From the NCBI RefSeq assembly GCF_964355755.1, contig NC_092674.1, positions 8,370,001-8,434,000 of the forward strand: 64,000 bases of DNA, written 5' to 3'. Positions 49,546 through 61,300 of the stretch are shown here, piece by piece. Source of the stretch: Antedon mediterranea. Taxonomy: Eukaryota; Animalia; Echinodermata. The notes beneath the pieces are model-generated. The model was given only the letters and a program-made list of their open reading frames with translations, ran no database searches and was not told the origin of the DNA. The position numbers and the translations under genes were made by a program. Within the stretch, counting starts at the first letter, position 1; each line of letters opens with the position of its first letter.

Positions 49546-50958
49546 TTATATATTAATATCTACAACAACTCAAAGCAGCCGCGTTGCAGGGACTCTGAAA
49601 GGAGACCACGTTTTAATAAAAGGAATCACGAATGATTTCCACAGATTTCAATTGACCTGTAAAATAACGGTTTATTGTGATGTTTTGTTATAATTATATT
49701 CGCGCTGCTTAGGCAGTTATATTCGAAGGAACGGAAACATTAGGAAACAGTTACCATGTGGTATACCGTAGTAAACTATAACCTATAGCTTAGTTTACTA
49801 CGGTTGAAAATGGGTATTTATAAACTCGGACTGGACATGCGCACACCCCAAAGCACGTCTGGGTAAAGAGAGTCTGAAAACATTTTCTGAAATATTGATA
49901 TGCACGAAATCGGAGTTATCAGATGAGCGGCGTTTTTTTGTAAGAAATATTTCTTGTTTAACAACATAAAAAGACAATGGACACAGATGATACTATGGAA
50001 AGCCAAGTCCGCCAAAAATACTAAATCCATTCCCAAACCATTCAACAACAATTCAGTTTGTCTGACGTAAATCAGTTTGGCTAAATTCCAACAAGCATCA
50101 TAATTTTGATCATATTTTAGATGAACTTTGAAATAAGGTCGCACGGCGGCCAAGAAAACTCAGAATAACAGTTTATTCGCGTAAGATAATTTCATAAACT
50201 CTGTAAACGGTTCAGTTATTTGTCGGCTCGTCCTATTTACGAGATAAATCAAATCTGACGTCATCGGGGTTTTTTTTCCATCTGGTTTTCGTTATAGTGA
50301 CTATTTTCGTAGCATATTTAATGTTTTACTTTATACAGTTATGTGTTCAATGACACTATTTGTCCCTATTGTTCTTATGCTTGAAAAAAAATACATTTTC
50401 TCACGTTGTTACGAAATTGATATATTATGAGTGCAAGACACGTCTATCAAGATTATATCCAGTGACATGATTTATGCTAAACGTTTGTCGTTTACGTCAA
50501 AATTAAGCCAGCATAGATTACCATGCGTGTGCTTAGATTACTCCCGTCACCCGCAAACCTAAACAGGCTATTCTCTTATAAATAAGTAAAATAATCATTT
50601 CAATAACGAGACATCGAGTAGTCTGGCTCTAATGATTATGCGTTTTTCTCGAGCGAGCCAAGTCATATTTTGACGGCGATTGAATAACTTATTCGTGGTA
50701 CGCACATGATGTACGTGGACGCTGCATTTTGTCGCGCGGATTCGTCTTTTTTTTTTTACTTTTATGGGCTCGTCCCACTTTTATTTCAGTTTGCAGTAGC
50801 CTACAAATTATTTAAATATATACAAGTTCACTCGTTCATTCGTCTTTTTATTGTAGATCTCTTTACTCTGAAAGACATAAAATATAGTCTTCAGCGAACG
50901 AAGGCAGGATTTACGTTTTGTTATAGGGCCTACAAGTACAAAACATAAAAGTGTATAA

Positions 50959-51110
50959 AGCTCTGTCTCGCTATCAAACTTTATGTGACAAAAACATGTG
51001 TGCTCATATGGACATGATGTTGTCATATCACTACCATATTTTGTCATATCACCACCATGGGCACATCACACTTTTTTGTCAAACTTAACTAGTTTTATAG
51101 TGCAGATAGA
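50959..51110. mobile_element. MITE family A, degenerate right TIR
   Basis: Left TIR and core. Confidence 0.78.
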
Positions 51111-51365
51111 TGAACATTCTTTCTTCAGACAACAACGGTATACTCTATAATAGTATTATAAAGTAAATTGGCTCACGTTTATAGCGCTCACCATTGGTGA
51201 CGAGTGTGTCGCCTTCACGGAATTGTCTTAATTATATATAAAATAATATGTAGTACTGTGTTTTTATAATTTGCATCACTGTTAACATTACGACGTCATC
51301 ACGCTGCATGGCTTATCACCTATTTTTGTTGATTTTCGTAGTAATAGGAGAAACAGTGCGACATC

Positions 51366-51791
51366 CCGTCAGTAATTGACGGTTTTTTAACGAGTAATAG
51401 GCCTACAATCGAATTGGTAAACAATTCCCATTATTCCGTCAGTAATTGACGCGTTGTTAACGAGTAATGCAATCGAATTGAAAAACAGTTTCCATTATTC
51501 CGTCAGTAATTGACGCGTTGTTAACGAGTAATGCAATCGAATTGATAAACAGTTCCCATTATTCCGTCAGTAATTGACGCGTTTTTAACGAGTAATCGAA
51601 TTGATAAACAGTTCCCATTATTCCGTCAGTAATTAACGCGTTTTTAACGCGTATTACAATCGAATTGAAAACAGTTTCCATTATTCCGTCAGTAATTGAC
51701 GAGTTTTTAACGAGTAATACAATCGAATTGATAAACAGTTCCCATTAATCCGTCAGTAATTGACGCGTTCTTAACGAGTAATACAATCGAA
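51366..51791. repeat. Minisatellite, ~64-bp unit, ~6.6 copies
   Basis: CCGTCAGTAATT at 51366, 51436, 51500, 51564, 51623, 51686 and 51750. Confidence 0.92.
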
Positions 51792-53818
51792 ATAATCATA
51801 TTAACTGAGCACATTGAATAAAGTCACGTTACGTATTTTACAGATGCTGTTCACAAATTGTGAGTAACATCCTACTGAGTAATACAATTCCGAAATTCCC
51901 TGAAATGCTCGCTTGTCCTTGTGTGTTATCATCATTAAATTAAACATTAATTTTGGTATAATTCTTTAAAATAGAATTGTAGTGTTTTTTCGTGAAATTG
52001 AATGCGGCCAATAAATAATGTGTGATCTCGTGTGGTTCTAGTAAGTCATTATGGCAGTATGTACTATAAGATGTGTATGTTTCTTATTGTTTTGTTCCCA
52101 TAATGCAACGTAATGACGTAAGTGCGCCGCAAATAAGTTTATCAATCACGACAAATGGATTGTCCAAACTGTCAAGTGTGATTGGTCAACACTTGGGTCA
52201 TGCCTACGTTGAACTATGATGATGGCCAAATGTTTGCAACAATAAAAATAATAATCGTTTTTGTTGAATATTCATGTCAATTAGTCTGATCAATACACCA
52301 TGTACATAATGCATTAGTATATATTGGCATCATCATTGCTTATGCAAATACGATATGTATACACCGATTGGCAATAGCATATTAGTAAAAAATGTGATGG
52401 TTACGAATTGCGCATTTTGCATCGAGATACGTAGAATTTCCCCAAGGCTGTATAGTTATTATTGTCTTTTGTTAGTCCACCAGCCGGCGTTACGAAATTA
52501 TAAGCTCAAGTATTATACGTATGAAACGCCTTGTGTGCCAAAATATTTATCTTTTATTAATTTCTGTCTAGAACATAGACTACGAGATACGGTATATCAG
52601 TAGGCCCGGGCCGTTAAAAGGTGTGTCAAAGGCCAACGGATATTGACTCAACTATTCTCATATAGGCCTAGACTTTAAAATTGTTATATTATGTAGTTAT
52701 TTCAAATTATTCAATATTGATTACTATCTATTAATAATGTATACATCCGGGTATAGAATAATGTTTTGTTTTATCTTTTACTGCTAAGTCGCATTTTGAT
52801 CGGTACCAAGACAAAATATATTATACTTAAATTAAACGATTTTGGTGACAATCACAGTGCACATGTGTGTAGCCTATAGTAGGAAAGAATTAGTAACATT
52901 CTTATTCGCATCATAATTGTGACAATTAGTAATGGAAAGAGTATAATTGGATAGATAGAACGTCATTTTATAAGTCTCTTATTAGTTAAAGCATGGATCG
53001 GAGGATGCTTACAGAATGCGTTAGCGCGGTCTTTTGCCCGGCAACTTACAAAACACCCCTTTCTCCCTCCGGCCCTTCCCAACAAATCTTTCCGATAATC
53101 CAAATCCAATAGACTAGGTCGACCTTGACTTCAAGCATATTCAGATCACTGGTTGTTGTGAAAAAAAAGCGCTGTTCTTATTATAGACGACTCGTATAGA
53201 CAGTTTTTAGACAGTATTTATTCGAATAAACGCCCAGCGATTAATACTCACGCCCCCCTCGAATTAATTCTCCCCTTCCCCATAGAACATCATTGGAACA
53301 AACGCTCGCCCCCTCGATTAAATGACCCGGGGCGTTAATTTATTTTCTCAAATAAACGCCCGCTACATACACATTTAACTGTAAAATCAGCATGAGGTTA
53401 CTAAGTAAGTTACTAACTAAGTGATTTAATTTAATATAATCATAATAAATTATTACGTGCGTCAGTCTTCCATTGTTTTCACTTTTGGATTAGCGCCCTC
53501 TCTTTTTAAATTATTTCTGGGAAATATTTTGTCAAATAAGGTGTGCATATTCGAGACAATTAAATCTGCTGTTATGCTGAAAATACACGTAACTATGATA
53601 TGTGTATAAACATGGTATTTATTATATATGGTGGTGCCATATTGATTTATCGGTGGCCATATTGTATCCGACAGGAATCAACAGTTAGACCAACGCGTTT
53701 AAATGTTTAAATATTTTATTAATTTAATGATTGAATTTAGAATGTACAGTTCGTTGAATGAAACGCATTATATATTTACTTCAATGATGCACTATATTAA
53801 CCAAAATTTGTCTATGTA

Positions 53819-54147
53819 AACTGTAAAAACAGCGTGGAGCTTTAAAACACGTAGTTACATGTTTAGCGTGTTTAAAACTTAAACGTGTTTAATAGTTACA
53901 TGTTGTTTCCTCTACTCGTTTAGCAGTCAACATGTTACTATTATGTTCAATTTCTCGACATGTTTAGCAGTCAACATGTTTAGGTACGTGTTTAGCGTTG
54001 ACTGATATGTTGTGTTAGGTACAGACTACATGTTTAGAACGTGTATAGAACCTAAACATGTTTCATATCTAAACATGTTTAAGGCTAAATGTGTGGAAAA
54101 AGTGGGTACAAAATACATGTTTAAGATCTAAACACTATTTTACAGTG
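53819..54147. mobile_element. Non-autonomous EnSpm/CACTA-like element
   Basis: Ends (A)ACTGTAAAA...TTTTACAGTG, TA on both sides, with many AAACATGTTT-type subterminal palindromes. Confidence 0.7.
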
Positions 54148-55133
54148 TATAGAATAAAAGGTGCAAGAAACACGACATTCTTGTGCCATCACCAGTAGGC
54201 TTACTTTATGTAAGTATGGTGAAAAAAGGCGGGTTTCGGAGTGGACTTTTTTAGGCGACGGGGAGTCTTCCTTATTGTTATATTAATATCCTCATTATTT
54301 GGTTTTATTTTCACATTATGTTAAGATGATGACATGATCATGATCTCCCATTCTCTGGAGTATAACATGTTTGTGTCACGGCTTAAAGAGAAGTCAGTTC
54401 GTTCCCATTCGCAAAACAAATGTATTTTTCTCAGATTGTAGTCTAGTGTAGGCCTACAAAATAATTCGATTTCAACGTGTTGTAATGTTGTAAGTTCCCA
54501 TACGTTATAATAAAATCGTAACACAGTTAATTATCAAAGTAAATAACACTATCTGTCCTATCTCACCAGATCCATCATGTGGACTTTCCATGACGTAAAA
54601 CTCACACATTATGTGGCATCACCTGAATACCAAGGCGTTTTAATTAGTGGACTGTATCATAATTCACGGTTCTCAAACGCGTTGTGCCCAAAGGGCTTTT
54701 AACTGAAAACATGCACAATGTATAGGCTAAATCGTGTTTAGTACAATACTATTCACTTCCAACTATTGAAAAGGACATCAATGTAGCTGGAACTGAGCTA
54801 CATTGAATTTCTTTTATATCATATTTCTCCTTATTTATAATAAATATAATGTAGAATGAAAGAAATCGGAAAGTTCATTCAATTTCCCTTCTCATATAAA
54901 ATAATAACCGACCTTATTAAATTTCTAGATATTTTGGCATTTGAAAAGACAAATTCCAGACACTCAAAAAGCGTGTTGTCTCCAGGCGCATTGATCGGTT
55001 CGTGCCAACTGCTTTGCTTGATTCCAACACATGTCATGTTAGCCAATATCATAAATATACCGCATAAGCGGTGGTGCTTTATCATAAACGACATGCCTCG
55101 CTGATCGCTTCAAATATCAACCGGACTATTGAT

Positions 55134-55170
55134 CACTCAAGTTGCTTAGCAACATCACTTGCTGACGTCA
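55134..55170. promoter_or_regulatory. Candidate cis-regulatory module: RFX X-box plus CRE
   Basis: GTTGCTTAGCAAC (55141-55153) and TGACGTCA (55163-55170), preceded by an NK2-like CACTCAA. Confidence 0.45.
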
Positions 55171-55480
55171 TATGAGGAAGCGGGATGCACTCATCAGTTC
55201 CGAAACGTTTCGAGATCAGACTATTTATTTATAGGCCTACTCAAATGTGCAAGCTAAAATTTCATTTTCTCTGTCACTACAAAGTTAAATATGTCAAAAT
55301 AATTAATAACTTGACTCGTCATATTACCGTACATAACTTAGGCCTACAAAATACGTGGATGTATTAATTGTAACGAACATGTTGGAATTCAATTAGGCCA
55401 TTGTACCTATATACATATAAACATTAGCAATAGAGGCATATTGGTAGGTTAGACCAGGGAGTTGTAACTCCCTGGTTAGA

Positions 55481-55737
55481 CCAAGGCAATATCTGAGCTC
55501 GTGAGATCAATGGTTTACGTGGCTGCGACACGATCAGTTCAATCAATCAATCGTTCGATTTATATAGCGCCATTCCAACATTCATTGCTCATCCACGCCC
55601 CGACACCTCGCGCCGCGGAAAATATGTACATATTAGTACAGTACTGTTGGTATTTTTCGCAGCCAGACATCAAAGGACTGTTAGGAGTTCCTATCTTGGC
55701 AAGGCGAACTCAGTGTCCTGTTGTTAGATTACCTTGG
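55481..55737. mobile_element. TIR element family B with an exact TTAGA TSD
   Basis: TTAGA-CCAAGGCAAT...ATTACCTTGG-TTAGA. Confidence 0.8.
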
Positions 55738-57246
55738 TTAGACACTGTCTATGTGTCGGATTTATAATAATTCCCTGACCACAATATAACGCAATTGAAT
55801 TTTTTTCGAAACTAATGCTAATGCGTATTGGAAATAAAACTTAATTTCATAACTAATCTCATAATGTGACATGTTAGGATGTCCCCTGTTCCTTTTTCGC
55901 TTTTTGGAAACAGCAAAAAAAAACACAAAAAAAACCTCTATAGTGTGATATTAATTTTATTAAAATATGTTTGGTTTTTTTTTTATCAATAAGCAATTGT
56001 AATATATAGACGGTTATTAGTATATCATTTTTGATCGAATGTTTAATAACAGATTAGTGGATAATCGAATTATTGTAATAATATTCTATTGAACATCGCC
56101 GTATCTACCAGCAAGTACGGTGAGATCTGCTTAAAATTATTGCGTTATCGGAACTTTTAAGATGGTCCCTGATCAAGCTGTATAGTTGTTGCACAGCCAT
56201 TTCGCTATGCCTTTCTTTGTAAATTAGACTTTCTGTGTCTGTGGCTGTTTAGTTAGGATACTTTATACAGGCCTTATATAATGTAACGTTAGGCCTATGT
56301 ATTTGTAATCGTCTCTCTATGGTGGTTTAGGCTATGTTTTCAATTCAGATTATTTTTAATTTTTGAGGGATAAATAACAACTTCCACAATCATTTATAAC
56401 ATTTCAACGCATGAAAACAATTACATGGAACCTTTTTTCGCAGTTATAATAGGCCGCGACGTATGCCTGAAATCTGTTTTTCACTAACATGTCCTTAGGC
56501 CTATATTTAGAAAGCAAACATATATTTACAAAAAAGAAATGTTAGTTTAAAAAAAAAATAGAGAGGATCTTTCTGTCGCGATATATTTCCCTAAGTAATC
56601 TGTAGGTCTACCTCCACATTTCCAGTTAGATAGGCAAATTCTGTATAGTGTCACATATGCGTCACATGGGGCGCCTTTTTAAGGTTAAGGTTTGCGAATA
56701 GTCTATATACAGGCAACACATGTGATACATATATGATACTGTGTATCTAGAATTTGCCTATGGCACCATGATTAAAGAATTCTTAATCACGGCAAAATAA
56801 TACGGTATTTTGCTAGATTTTTCCGTGTAGGCCTAATTGTGTTCTAACCTGTAGTTAAATACAACATTTTATTTAAAGTCGATTTCCGCTAGTCTCAGAT
56901 AGGCCTATATGATAGTATAGGAAGGAAATAGTTAGCACTCCTATCCGTGATAGGTCATGACTATCACAACAAGAACACAAAGAGCTTGAATAAGTAGGCT
57001 AGTGCATGAATACCACATCGTCGGTATCAATACAAATATAAACGTGATATTTGTCTTGTACTGATGGGGTGACGTTCATACCACCTCATAATATTGTTTT
57101 GGAATTAACTTATGGTCTTGTATATCCTAAAATCATTACTAAATGTTCCCTTCTCCTTTCCAAATATCTTTTCACTGTTTAAAGCTATGCATTCACGGAG
57201 CCCCGATTTGGTCCTGTGGCCCATCGGAAAACGTCGGGCTACGTTA

Positions 57247-57412
57247 AGCTCTGACAAATTTATATACACTATCAAACTAGTTTGACAATTTGGGTGATAT
57301 ACCCAAATATGGTAGTGATATCCCCAAATATGGTAGTTATAACATCGTCGTGTTCATAATGGGCACATCACATTTGATTGTCCACATAAAGTTTGATAGT
57401 GTAGACAGAGCT
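57247..57412. mobile_element. MITE family A
   Basis: Both TIRs; flanked by TTA / TAA. Confidence 0.82.
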
Positions 57413-58061
57413 TAACGATCACACGTAAACTGTTCTTGCACGTCGTATAAGAAATGAAACTGTTAATTTCTCCTAAACGCTACATTACATAAATGTAGGC
57501 CTATACAAACAAATGTAATGTATAATAGACATTACATTTTCATATTATATATATTAAATGTATTCGCCCAACGGATCGGAATTCGAACTCAGCGTGAACG
57601 TCCTCTGAACAAAAACCAAATATCGATCTTAATATTATAGGAATAATATTTATCTATCATTGTTAATATTGATGTACATTGTTCCGGGTGTGATAAATGC
57701 ATAGTATTCGGACCTGAATACTAAAGTTATAAAGAATAAATAAATAAAAATAAGGAAATAAGGACTGGAAATCACTAGCTATGTATGATTCCTGCGATAT
57801 TGTATATAATGTAAACAATATTGCTGAATACATTTTGTATTTATTTGTATTTATTTATTTAATCACACTCGTGTGCAATACAAGACCAGCCAATTCTGGC
57901 TTATGAGTGAATATATAAAATTATAAATAGACACGGATAAAAAATAAATCAAATAAATTAAGTACTTTAAACAGACTTAGGCCTCTCTTTTTCTTTTCTT
58001 TTTTTTTCTCTTTTTTCGAGTAGAAGGGAAAAAGAGAGAAAGAAAATACTGTATAGACCTA

Positions 58062-60987
58062 CACACTAAAAAAAAAAGGTGCAAATCTCTACCTAAAAAG
58101 GTGCAAACCGATGCAACAATAGCAGCTCCCTTTAAGGTGCACAACTGCACCTTTGACGGAAGGTGCAATTTTGAACCCTGATAAAGGGTGCTATAATGCT
58201 CCTTTGGAGTTCACATTTGCACCATATAAGGTGTAATTTTCTACCCTAAAAGGTGCAAACAAAATGCAACAATAGCAGCTCCCCAAAGGAGCAAAATTCA
58301 ACCTCTAAATAAAGGTGCAACTTTACACCCTAATAAAAGGTTCAATAATGCTCTTCTAAGGTTCAAATTTCTGTTAAAAAGGTGCACAAATAAAAATCAC
58401 CAAAATACAAAAAAATATTGATTAAGCTTGGTATAATTTTATTCAACTTTAAAACATTACATTATTCAATTCAACTGCTGAATTATTGGATGGCAATTAC
58501 CAGTCTTTGCACCTTAAATAGAGTGTGGCCATCTCTTCTCAAACCAACAATAGGCCTATTGCTAAAAGTATCTAATGATGACATCTTTGACAGTATTCTC
58601 TTCTTATTTCCATATATCTGAAACAGTGTTCTTGATGTCTGGTTCACCTTTTTTCCGAACATTTTCACCTGATTATGTACTTTCCTAAAAAGCATGAAAG
58701 AGGAAGGGAAACTATTATATTAATATTATCATTAATATGACAACATCATACAATACATTATTGACATTGTTCTGATTTTTAAAGTCAAATTACCTTGTCC
58801 ACATGCTTCACATACTTTAAAGTATGTTCCTCTCCCTTTCCTCAGCTCGTAGTATAGTAGGCCCTATTATATACTAGAGTATTTTACGGTACATGTGGTC
58901 ACATTTCTCCTTTTCTGGACATCTTCATTGCTGCTGATCAGAGCAGAGGTGCTCTTTCATGTTTAAACTTATTTTATCCCTCCATGACATCATGTAGGCC
59001 CTAGGCTGTAACTATTTATAATTAAAAATAAAGTGTATAAGAAGAATTAATATAGCCTATAGGTAGGCCTCTAGGCATAATAATACCCAACTACACTACT
59101 GTAACTAATATTAATAACTAGGCCCTAGGCTAGGCCACTAGCCTGCCTAGCTAGGCCTATTATTAATTATAGGCCTAGCCGCCTGGCCTAGGGCTAGGCT
59201 ACCCTCTAGCTAGCTAGGCCTAGCTAGCCTTATCTATTTATTTAGCTATCATTTTAGGCCTAGGCTTATAGGCCTATATAATAATTAATCTAATAAAAAC
59301 CACCAAATTACATGCCTATAAAGCTTCATTACTTACTTTTAACACGGGAGAGGTGTGGCATCCGGGAGCTAGACCTAGTTTTATAGGCCTGATTTTTTGG
59401 GCGCAAACTCCTCTCAATATTTAAACTGCATGTTTAACAACCGCACGCGCTTAAAATTATTGTTCAATTCCTGTTTCAAATAAATTTACAACAGATGCCT
59501 ACATTATGATATTAAATATTCTAATAATATTGTTAAATATGAAAGAAAAGTTTACTTATTCTAGACTTAAGCAAACCAGAGTAAATAACCTCTGAAATTC
59601 AATATTTTAAAAATTGTTTACAGACATCTTGCGTGCGCATACGGCACGAAAATTGTACAAAAAGGTGCTATTATGCACCTTTTAACTGATGTTAAACCTT
59701 ATAGGGTGCCCAGTTGAACCTTTGAATTTATCATGTTAAAGGTATAAAACTTTAATTTTCAGTTACAAGCCAGCGACTTTCTAATGTTCCGTAAGGGCCT
59801 GTTTCTGCTGCAACTGCTCAAAATACGGTATAAAAATACGGTATAAAATACGGTATTTTTTATACCGTATTTTTTAGTACCCCGTTTCTGCTAACAATAC
59901 TTCTTGGGTGGTCGTGTTAAATTTCATCTTTTTTACCCAAATTGCCATTCATTTATTTGGTCGATAATTAAAAGTCGCAATAAAGGAAGTTTTACGTCTC
60001 ACTTTCAACAGCCTAGCCCTAGTGATAGAGATGTTGTGAGAGCACAGAAAACATCGTAATGGGGACAATTAATTCGTTCCCTCCCTGAGTTATTGTATTT
60101 TGCAATGTTGTATTGCTTTCGCAGGCTCTTCAGCTTTGAGTTTACTTGCTTTGGAGACAAGTCTATTCCATACTCCTGCTTTATTTTTTTAGAAATGTCT
60201 TTATAAATGTGGTTGTCCCTTTTATTAGTTGGCCAGACATTTTAGCTTCCCCACACACATTTATTTAGTAAAACTGTGACGTCTTCGCTCCACATTTTCG
60301 CCGAATATATCTATACACGTGTGTAAAGCAGCTGACAGCGACAGAAAATAAAAACACGAATGTTGACCTTTTGTCATGTAAAAAAAAAAATACGGTATTT
60401 TTTATTGGCAGCAGAAACGGGTACAAAAAATACGGTATAAATTTGTAAATACCGTATTTTATCCACAAATTTTGTGGGGAAAATACGGTATACAAAATAC
60501 GGTATATTTTTTATGAGCGCAGTTTCTGCTGCCAAAAATATACCGTATATATACGGTATTCAAAAAATACCGTATAATATACGGTATTTAGTTGGCAGCA
60601 GAAACAGGGCCTAAGAAACAGATTTTTTCGAATTCCGATATTATTATGAATCTTTCTTATTTTTGTTTTAACTTACCACAATAATGTCATTCTAAAAAAA
60701 TTGTCATAATCATTACCTTTTAAGTTTTTAGAAGCCCTAAGTTAAATATATCAAGAAGCGTTCATTGATCTAACACTAATAGGTATTATTTTGTCACACA
60801 GTCACCATGGCCTACTTGGGCCTTTGTGGTGCAGTTCTGCACCTTTTTATACTTGTCTGCATTTTTCGATATAAAAGGTGCAAAAATAAACCTTTTATGA
60901 ACTCTGCACCATTTTATGAGAAAAAGGCGCAAATTAGCACCCTTTTATAGGTTTGCACCCTTTATTGCACCTTTAGTTTTAAGTGTG
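58062..60987. mobile_element. 2.9-kb non-autonomous EnSpm/CACTA-like element
   Basis: Ends CACACTAAAA...TTTTAAGTGTG, TA on both sides, with arrays of AAGGTGCA/TGCACCTT subterminal repeats at both ends. Confidence 0.72.
59795..60611. mobile_element. PIF/Harbinger-type non-autonomous element nested in the EnSpm-like element
   Basis: GGGCCTGTTTCTGCTGC...GCAGCAGAAACAGGGCC, TAA TSD, and many AATACGGTAT subterminal repeats. Confidence 0.85.
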
Positions 60988-61134
60988 TATATTTAAATAA
61001 ATATGTTAAAAATTACTTGTTTAAAACAATGGACTGGCGTAAGGAGAGCAATTGATAGGCAAATTTAGCAACTGTAGAACAGTGGTTGCCAATAAATGTG
61101 AATGAATAGAATATGACCATCGACAAATATATTT

Positions 61135-61300
61135 TCTTTCATTTATTTATCCATTTATATTTATCAAAGTATATTCGTTCGTTCGTTCTTTATTATTCAT
61201 TCACTAATAAAATGTATTTATTCATTCATACCTTCATTCATTATTCAGTGAGTCATCTGTTCGTTCATTCGAACATTCACTAATTCATTTATTTATTTCT
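61135..61300. repeat. Degenerate (ATTC/GTTC)n low-complexity tract
   Basis: Directly visible. Confidence 0.7.

Noticed and set aside
51366-51791. CRISPR-like array
   Set aside because: The whole unit repeats with no unique spacers, there are no cas genes, and the context is eukaryotic.
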